From: Polyangiales bacterium
GTDB lineage: Bacteria; Myxococcota_A; Polyangia; Polyangiales; Houyiibacteriaceae
Assembly: GCA_045106895.1 (NCBI GenBank)
Contig: JBGCFM010000100.1
Location: forward strand, 1 to 64,000
Direction of reading: 5' to 3'
Length of the DNA: 64,000 nt
Part shown: one piece after another, positions 58,461 to 64,000 of the stretch
How the letters are laid out: every line of letters starts with the position of its first letter
Numbering within the stretch: the stretch's first letter is position 1
Program-made: the position numbers and the translations under genes
The notes under the pieces: generated by a model
Seen by the model: the letters and a program-made list of their open reading frames with translations, nothing else
Database searches by the model: none
What the model was told of the DNA's origin: nothing

Positions 58461-60278
58461 GTGTCGCAGGAAGACGGAACCCAGCTCGAAGCGATTCGGC
58501 AGACTCTCGCGGCCCTTGGTGTTCAAGACACCCATCTCGCGGAAGCCACCATTGGCGGCCTCCCAAACGGGACCACCAGCGAGGACCTCGAAAACGCCAA
58601 ACTCTCGGATGTTGAAGCTCAGGGAGACGATGAGTTCGTCATCCGCGAGGAGCTCGGGCGAGGCGGCATGGGCATCGTAGAGCTTGCGACACAGCGCGCC
58701 CTCAATCGCGAAGTAGCCATCAAGCGCCTCATCTCGCCGAGCCCGCCACACGTCGCGGCCCTCCTCCGCGAGGCGACCATCGCGGGCCAACTGGAACATC
58801 CAAACATCGTTCCCGTGCACGCACTCGTCACCACCGGCGAGGGCCCAAGCGTCGTGATGAAGCGGGTGTCGGGCACGGACTGGCAGGTCTTGATTCGAGG
58901 CGGCGAGACCCCCCTTGAGACGCACATCGACGTGCTCATTCAGCTCTGCCGCGCCCTCAGTTTTGCCCACAGTCGAGATGTCGTGCACCGAGACATCAAA
59001 CCCGCGAACGTGATGATCGGCGAGTACGGAGAGGTGTACCTCGTTGACTGGGGCCTCGCACGGAGGCTCACGAACGGTAAGCTCAAAAACAAACGCATGG
59101 CTGGAACGCCGGCGTACATGGCGCCGGAGATGGTCAGCGGCAGCATCGACGCGCGCACGGATGTGTACCTTCTGGGGAGCTGCCTGCATGAGGTGCTCGT
59201 TGGCGTGCCTCGACACGTCGCCGAGTCCGTCATGGAGGTCGTCATGGCGGCACAGGACTCAAAGCCGGCGGCCTACCCTCCTTCGGTGCCGGCGGAGCTC
59301 GCCGCCATCTGCAACCGAGCATGCAGTCGTGACCCAGAGCGTCGCTACGCAAGCGCGAGTGACCTAAGACAAGCGCTTCAGAGCTACCTCAAGCACCGCG
59401 CAGCGACAGAACTCGTCCGCGTCGCCGAGGAACGCGTCACAGAGCTCACTGCGCTAGCCCGCGAAAGCGAATATCGGCGAGCCCAACAGCTCTTCCATGA
59501 AGCCCGCTTCGGGTTCGAGCAGGCGCTCGCGGCTTGGCCCGCGTCGGCGCGTGCGCAGCAAGGCCGCGAAGAGTGCCTGAACTGGATGGCGGAGTACGAG
59601 CTGGAGTGCGGCCACGAAAAGAACGCCTCAGCGCTCGTCGATGCGATGAAAGACCCATCGCAGAAGCTCCGGCGAGACCTCGCGGAGCTTCAAACGGAAC
59701 TCAGCGACGAACGACGGCGCGTGCAGAAGCTCAAGCTGGACCGAGATCCCCAGGCCGGCGCAGCGGAACGTAGCCGGGCCACTCTTTGGCTCGCCGTTGC
59801 CATCGTCGTCCTCGTGCTGGCGTTCGGCTCCGTTCGCGCGTTCTTTCCAAACTACGCCACAAGCAAGATACGTCTACCCCTCGTCGCCGCCGTCGTCCTC
59901 GGCATCGTGTCCGCCACGATCTGGCGCTGGCGAAAGACCGCGGCGCTCAATCTGATCAACCGCCGTATCACGCAGGTCGTCCTCTCGACGCTCTCGCTCT
60001 CTTTCCTCAACCGCGTCCTCGACTACATCACAAATCGCGACCCCACCACCACGCTTCACACGGACGCTCTCATCGTCCTCGGCGGCGGTCTCGCGCTGAC
60101 CCCCTTTCACCGCGCCGGCCCAGGACTTGCGCTCCTCGCGGGGCTTGTCGCCTGCGTCGGTGCGCTTCGGCCGGCTTGGCTGGAGGCCATGTTTATCGGT
60201 CTCTCCCTCGCTGTGCCGCTGCTCTTTCTCGGCGTCCGTTTGAGACGCGGAGTCGACCTCAAAGAACCTCGCTTGTAA
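58461..60278 (+). CDS. Ser/Thr protein kinase with a multi-TM C-terminal domain
   Basis: LGRGGMG, VAIK, HRDIKPAN, DWG, GTPAYMAPE, about six C-terminal TM helices. Confidence 0.9.
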   Translation: MSQEDGTQLEAIRQTLAALGVQDTHLAEATIGGLPNGTTSEDLENAKLSDVEAQGDDEFVIREELGRGGMGIVELATQRALNREVAIKRLISPSPPHVAALLREATIAGQLEHPNIVPVHALVTTGEGPSVVMKRVSGTDWQVLIRGGETPLETHIDVLIQLCRALSFAHSRDVVHRDIKPANVMIGEYGEVYLVDWGLARRLTNGKLKNKRMAGTPAYMAPEMVSGSIDARTDVYLLGSCLHEVLVGVPRHVAESVMEVVMAAQDSKPAAYPPSVPAELAAICNRACSRDPERRYASASDLRQALQSYLKHRAATELVRVAEERVTELTALARESEYRRAQQLFHEARFGFEQALAAWPASARAQQGREECLNWMAEYELECGHEKNASALVDAMKDPSQKLRRDLAELQTELSDERRRVQKLKLDRDPQAGAAERSRATLWLAVAIVVLVLAFGSVRAFFPNYATSKIRLPLVAAVVLGIVSATIWRWRKTAALNLINRRITQVVLSTLSLSFLNRVLDYITNRDPTTTLHTDALIVLGGGLALTPFHRAGPGLALLAGLVACVGALRPAWLEAMFIGLSLAVPLLFLGVRLRRGVDLKEPRL

Positions 60279-60282
60279 GTGG

Positions 60283-60963
60283 CTAGTTTTTCTTCGCGCG
60301 CTTCTTCGGCGCGTTCATCGCAAGCTCTTCGGCGATTCGTTTTTTCGAGGCTGCCCATCCGCAGATGGGGCACGTGGACAAATCGTGGCGACGCGCCGGG
60401 CAGTACTCACGTCCGAAGAAAATGATCTGCAGGTGCAGGTCATTCCAGATGGACTCATCGAAGAGTTTCTTCAGGTCTTTCTCCGTCGTCAGCACGTTCT
60501 TCCCGCTCGAAAGCCCCCAACGGGTGGCGAGGCGATGAATGTGTGTATCCACAGGAAACGCCGGAACGCCGAACGCCTGAGCCACGACGACCTGAGCGGT
60601 CTTATGACCGACGCCGGGGAGCGCCTCGAGCTCTTCGAGGGTCTCGGGCACCACGCCGCCATGGCGCTCCATGAGAAGCTCGCTGGCACGTTTGAGGTTT
60701 TTTGCCTTGGTCGGCGCAAGCCCCACCTGACGGATAAGCTCCCGAATCGCCTCGACGTCCATCGCGGCCATTTCCTTCGGCCCCGGAGCGGCCCGGAAGA
60801 GCGCCGGTGTCACCTCATTCACCTTTTTGTCCGTCGTTTGTGCGGAAAGTGCCACGGCGACGAGCAAGGTGAAGGGATCCGTGTGGTCCAGGGGAACAGG
60901 AACCTCTGGGTACAGGCGCTGCAGAATAGAGGCGATCTTCTTGGCTTTTTCCGCGCGCGTCAT
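60283..60963 (-). CDS. nth: Endonuclease III
   Basis: PFTLLVAVALSAQTTD, LPGVGHKTA (HhH), VDTH, Cys-rich tail. Confidence 0.92.
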   Translation of the reverse strand: MTRAEKAKKIASILQRLYPEVPVPLDHTDPFTLLVAVALSAQTTDKKVNEVTPALFRAAPGPKEMAAMDVEAIRELIRQVGLAPTKAKNLKRASELLMERHGGVVPETLEELEALPGVGHKTAQVVVAQAFGVPAFPVDTHIHRLATRWGLSSGKNVLTTEKDLKKLFDESIWNDLHLQIIFFGREYCPARRHDLSTCPICGWAASKKRIAEELAMNAPKKRAKKN

Positions 60964-61059
60964 AGGAGCGTTCGTACGGGCCAGTGAGGGAGCCCGCAAG
61001 GTCTGCGTTTCCACACGACACGATGCGGTTTGGCGGCAGAGCGTTGTAAGGTCCGCCCC

Positions 61060-62730
61060 ATGGCGGAAACCAGCAGCACCCAGAGCGAAACGAAACTCGA
61101 GACCACACCGGACACCTACCGGCATTGGAGCCTAAAGGTCGAAGGCGACACAGCCCGTTTGACCATGAACGTACAGCCCGATGGCGGTCTTCGTCCGGAC
61201 TACGAGCTCAAGTTGAATAGCTACGACCTCGGCGTCGATGTTGAGCTCTCGGATTCGATCCAGAGGCTCCGATTTGAGCACCCCGAGGTGAAGGTGCTTG
61301 TCGTGGACTCCGCCCTCGACCGTGTGTTCTGCGCCGGCGCGAATATTCCGATGCTCAGTTCCTCGACGCACGCGTTCAAGGTGAACTTCTGCAAGTACAC
61401 CAATGAGACGCGCCTCTACCTTGAGAACATGTCTTCGCAGAGCGGCATCAAGACCCTCGCCGCTCTCAATGGAACGTGCGCCGGCGGTGGATACGAGCTG
61501 GCCCTCGCCTGCGACGAGATCCTTCTCATCGACGACGGCTCGAGTGCCGTGAGTCTCCCGGAGGTTCCGCTCCTCGCTGTGTTGCCCGGAACCGGCGGAC
61601 TGACGCGCGTCGTCGACAAGCGACGCGTCCGTCGCGACCAAGCAGACATCTTCTGCACCACCGCCGAAGGCATTCGCGGGAAGCGAGCTGTGGAATGGAA
61701 CCTCGTCGACGCCATCGCACCGCGCAGCCGTTTCGCCGAAGCCGTCAAGGAACGCAGCGAGAGCCTCGCGGCTGGAGCGCCGAGCGCGTCGAAGGGCCCC
61801 GGAATTTCGCTTCCCGCCGTCGCTCCACGCGTTGAAGACGGAACTCACCACTACGAGTTCGTCGAGCTCAGCATCGATGACGACCAGCGCGTCGCGACAC
61901 TCACCATGAAAGCGCCGACGGAATCCGCCCCCGCGGACGGCGCCGCGATTCAAGCCGCCGGCGCTGGGCAGTGGAACCTCAGGGCGTTCCGCGAGCTCGA
62001 CCACGCTCTTCTTCGACTGCGCTTCGACTTCCCCGCCGTTGGCCTCGTTCTTCTGCACACGCGCGGAGACGCGGAGAAGGTCCTCGAACACGGCAACGCA
62101 CTTTTGGCCAACCAAGACCATTGGCTCGCCAAGGAGATCCTGCTCCTCCAGGCGCGAGTCCTCCGGCGACTCGACCTTACCTCGCGTAGCTTCTTCGCCA
62201 TCATCGACGAGGGCAGCTGCTTCGCAGGCACTCTTCTCGAGCTCGCCTTCGCCGCCGACCGCGCATACATGCTCGAAGACGACGACGAGGCCGTGACCTT
62301 GTGCCGAAGCGCAATCAACGGCGACGCCGAAACAGCGCACCTTCCAATGTCGAATGGCCTCTCGCGACTCCAGACTCGCTTCTTTGAGCGCGACGACGAG
62401 CTCAAAAAAGCCCTCTCCGCCGACGGTCCGATCGCCGCGAGCGCCGCGACGAAGCTTGGCCTTGTGACGGTCGCCGCAGACGACATCGACTGGGAAGACG
62501 ACGTGCGCATCGCCATCGAAGAGCGAGCGTCCATGTCCCCGGATGCCCTCACGGGGATGGAGGCGAGCCTTCGCTTTCCGGGCCCTGAGACCCTTGAGAC
62601 AAAGATCTTTGCTCGTCTGAGCGCATGGCAAAACTGGATCTTCCAGCGCCCCAACGCGGTGGGTCCTGCGGGCGCCCTGACGAAGTACGGTCAGCCCGAA
62701 CGCCCATCCTTCGACTGGCGACGCTGCTAG
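61060..62730 (+). CDS. boxC: 2,3-epoxybenzoyl-CoA dihydrolase
   Basis: YRHW, YELKLNSYDLGVDVEL, RFEHPEV, KVNFCKYTNETR, LPEVPLL, SPDALTGMEA, AWQNWIFQRPNA. Confidence 0.93.
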   Translation: MAETSSTQSETKLETTPDTYRHWSLKVEGDTARLTMNVQPDGGLRPDYELKLNSYDLGVDVELSDSIQRLRFEHPEVKVLVVDSALDRVFCAGANIPMLSSSTHAFKVNFCKYTNETRLYLENMSSQSGIKTLAALNGTCAGGGYELALACDEILLIDDGSSAVSLPEVPLLAVLPGTGGLTRVVDKRRVRRDQADIFCTTAEGIRGKRAVEWNLVDAIAPRSRFAEAVKERSESLAAGAPSASKGPGISLPAVAPRVEDGTHHYEFVELSIDDDQRVATLTMKAPTESAPADGAAIQAAGAGQWNLRAFRELDHALLRLRFDFPAVGLVLLHTRGDAEKVLEHGNALLANQDHWLAKEILLLQARVLRRLDLTSRSFFAIIDEGSCFAGTLLELAFAADRAYMLEDDDEAVTLCRSAINGDAETAHLPMSNGLSRLQTRFFERDDELKKALSADGPIAASAATKLGLVTVAADDIDWEDDVRIAIEERASMSPDALTGMEASLRFPGPETLETKIFARLSAWQNWIFQRPNAVGPAGALTKYGQPERPSFDWRRC

Positions 62731-62847
62731 CGTCGGACCTGTAAGAAGGGACCTGCAGAGTGTGGCGACTCACGCCACTGGGCCAATTCGGCCCCTCCAG
62801 TGAGTCGGCGCACGGCCCCGAGCCGTCGGTAGTCCCACAATCGGTGT

Positions 62848-64000
62848 ATGTCGCTCACCGATTCGATTCCCAACAATGTCGACCTTGGCTCCGACCGAAA
62901 GCTGCTTCGTGCGCTTGAGAAGTGGCAGCCCAACTTCCTCTCCTGGTGGAACGATATGGGCCCCGAAGGGTTCCAAGAAGACCGAATCTGGCTGAGGACG
63001 GCAACGAGCGTCGATGCCAGCGGATGGGCGAACTACGACTACGTGAAGATGCCGGACTACCGGTGGGGCATTTTCCTCACACCGCGCGACGGCGAACGAA
63101 ACATTGGTTTTGGTGACACCGCAGACCAGAAAGTCTGGGACGAGGTCCCCGGCGAGTTCCGCGGCATGCTTCGGCGCATCATTGTGACCCAGGCAGACAC
63201 GGAGCCTGCGAGCGTCGAGCAGCAGCGCCTTCTCGGCAAGACCGCACCGAGCCTCTACGACCTGCGAAACCTCTTCCAGATCAACGTCGAAGAGGGACGT
63301 CATCTTTGGGCGATGGTTCACTTGCTTCACCAGTACTTCGGCCGCGATGGTCGCGAAGAGGCGGAGGCACTCCTCGAGCGCCGCAGTGGCGACGTCGACA
63401 AGCCACGTATCCTGAACACCTTCAACGAAAGCACCGATGAGTGGCTCTCGTTCTTCATGTTCGCGATGTTCACGGACCGCGACGGTAAGTACCAGCTCTC
63501 GGCCCTGAGCGAATCTGGCTTCGACCCGCTAGCGCGCGCCACGCAGTTCATGCTCACGGAAGAGGCGTTCCACCTCAGCGTCGGTGAAAACGGCGTGGGC
63601 CGCGTTGTGCAGCGCGCCGTGGAGGCGACGATCAAGGACTCCAATGGTGACGCCCGCGCCCAAGGCGCCGTCGACCTTCCGACGATTCAGAAGTGGATCA
63701 ACTTCTGGTTCTCCAGCGCCGTTGAACTCTTCGGCGGCGAGATCAGCTCCAACGCCGCCGACTACTTCGCGACGGGTCTCAAGGGCCGGCATCAGGAGAT
63801 GAAGAAGTACGAAGACCACACGAGCCTCGGCGGCGTGTACAACATCCCCGTTCTGAAGAACGGCAAGATCACCCACGAAGAGGTCCCAGAGCGAACGGCG
63901 ATGAACGAGCTGCTTCGCGACGAGTACGTGGCGGACTGCGAACGCGCCTGCGCCCGATGGAACAAGATCATCGCTGCCGGCGGCATCACGGACTTCCAGC
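62848..64000 (+). CDS. boxB: Benzoyl-CoA 2,3-epoxidase subunit B (3'-truncated by the window)
   Basis: Not in the ORF track. My translation: IPNNVDL...RALEKWQP..WWNDMGPEGFQ, VKMPDYRWGIF, QADTEPASVEQQ, NVEEGRHLWAMV, FTDRDGKYQL, MLTEEAFH (di-iron EXXH motifs). Confidence 0.93.
   Translation, partial: MSLTDSIPNNVDLGSDRKLLRALEKWQPNFLSWWNDMGPEGFQEDRIWLRTATSVDASGWANYDYVKMPDYRWGIFLTPRDGERNIGFGDTADQKVWDEVPGEFRGMLRRIIVTQADTEPASVEQQRLLGKTAPSLYDLRNLFQINVEEGRHLWAMVHLLHQYFGRDGREEAEALLERRSGDVDKPRILNTFNESTDEWLSFFMFAMFTDRDGKYQLSALSESGFDPLARATQFMLTEEAFHLSVGENGVGRVVQRAVEATIKDSNGDARAQGAVDLPTIQKWINFWFSSAVELFGGEISSNAADYFATGLKGRHQEMKKYEDHTSLGGVYNIPVLKNGKITHEEVPERTAMNELLRDEYVADCERACARWNKIIAAGGITDFQ

Noticed and set aside
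61132..62631. 499-aa ORF antisense to boxC
   Set aside because: Shadow ORF.

Overview
High-GC, gene-dense chromosomal segment that looks myxobacterial (Myxococcota, probably Polyangia). The taxon is inferred from five Hanks-type Ser/Thr kinases, an FHA-sigma54 activator, a MYXO-CTERM-like tail and many Cys/Asp-rich lipoproteins. Housekeeping genes are pckA, a KamA-family radical SAM enzyme, sdhCAB, DedA, an LD-carboxypeptidase, folE, hisC, ahcY with its ArsR-methyltransferase regulator, nth and boxC-boxB (boxB runs off the window). Between them lie many uncharacterised secreted and surface proteins. Main observations: (1) a coupled cluster of a secreted staphylococcal-nuclease homologue, a 9-repeat Cys/Asp lipoprotein, a repeat-fused outer-membrane beta-barrel and a lipoprotein; (2) two kinase/TPR pairs whose kinases end in a [ND]P[YW] tail; (3) a lipoprotein caspase-like protease with about five PPC-like domains; (4) many TANNNT boxes 5-7 nt before start codons, suggesting leaderless transcription; (5) six sigma54-type -24/-12 motifs upstream of surface-protein genes, one inside a perfect 29-bp palindrome. 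I saw no rRNA, tRNA, CRISPR array or transposase. All calls come from motif reading, not database searches.
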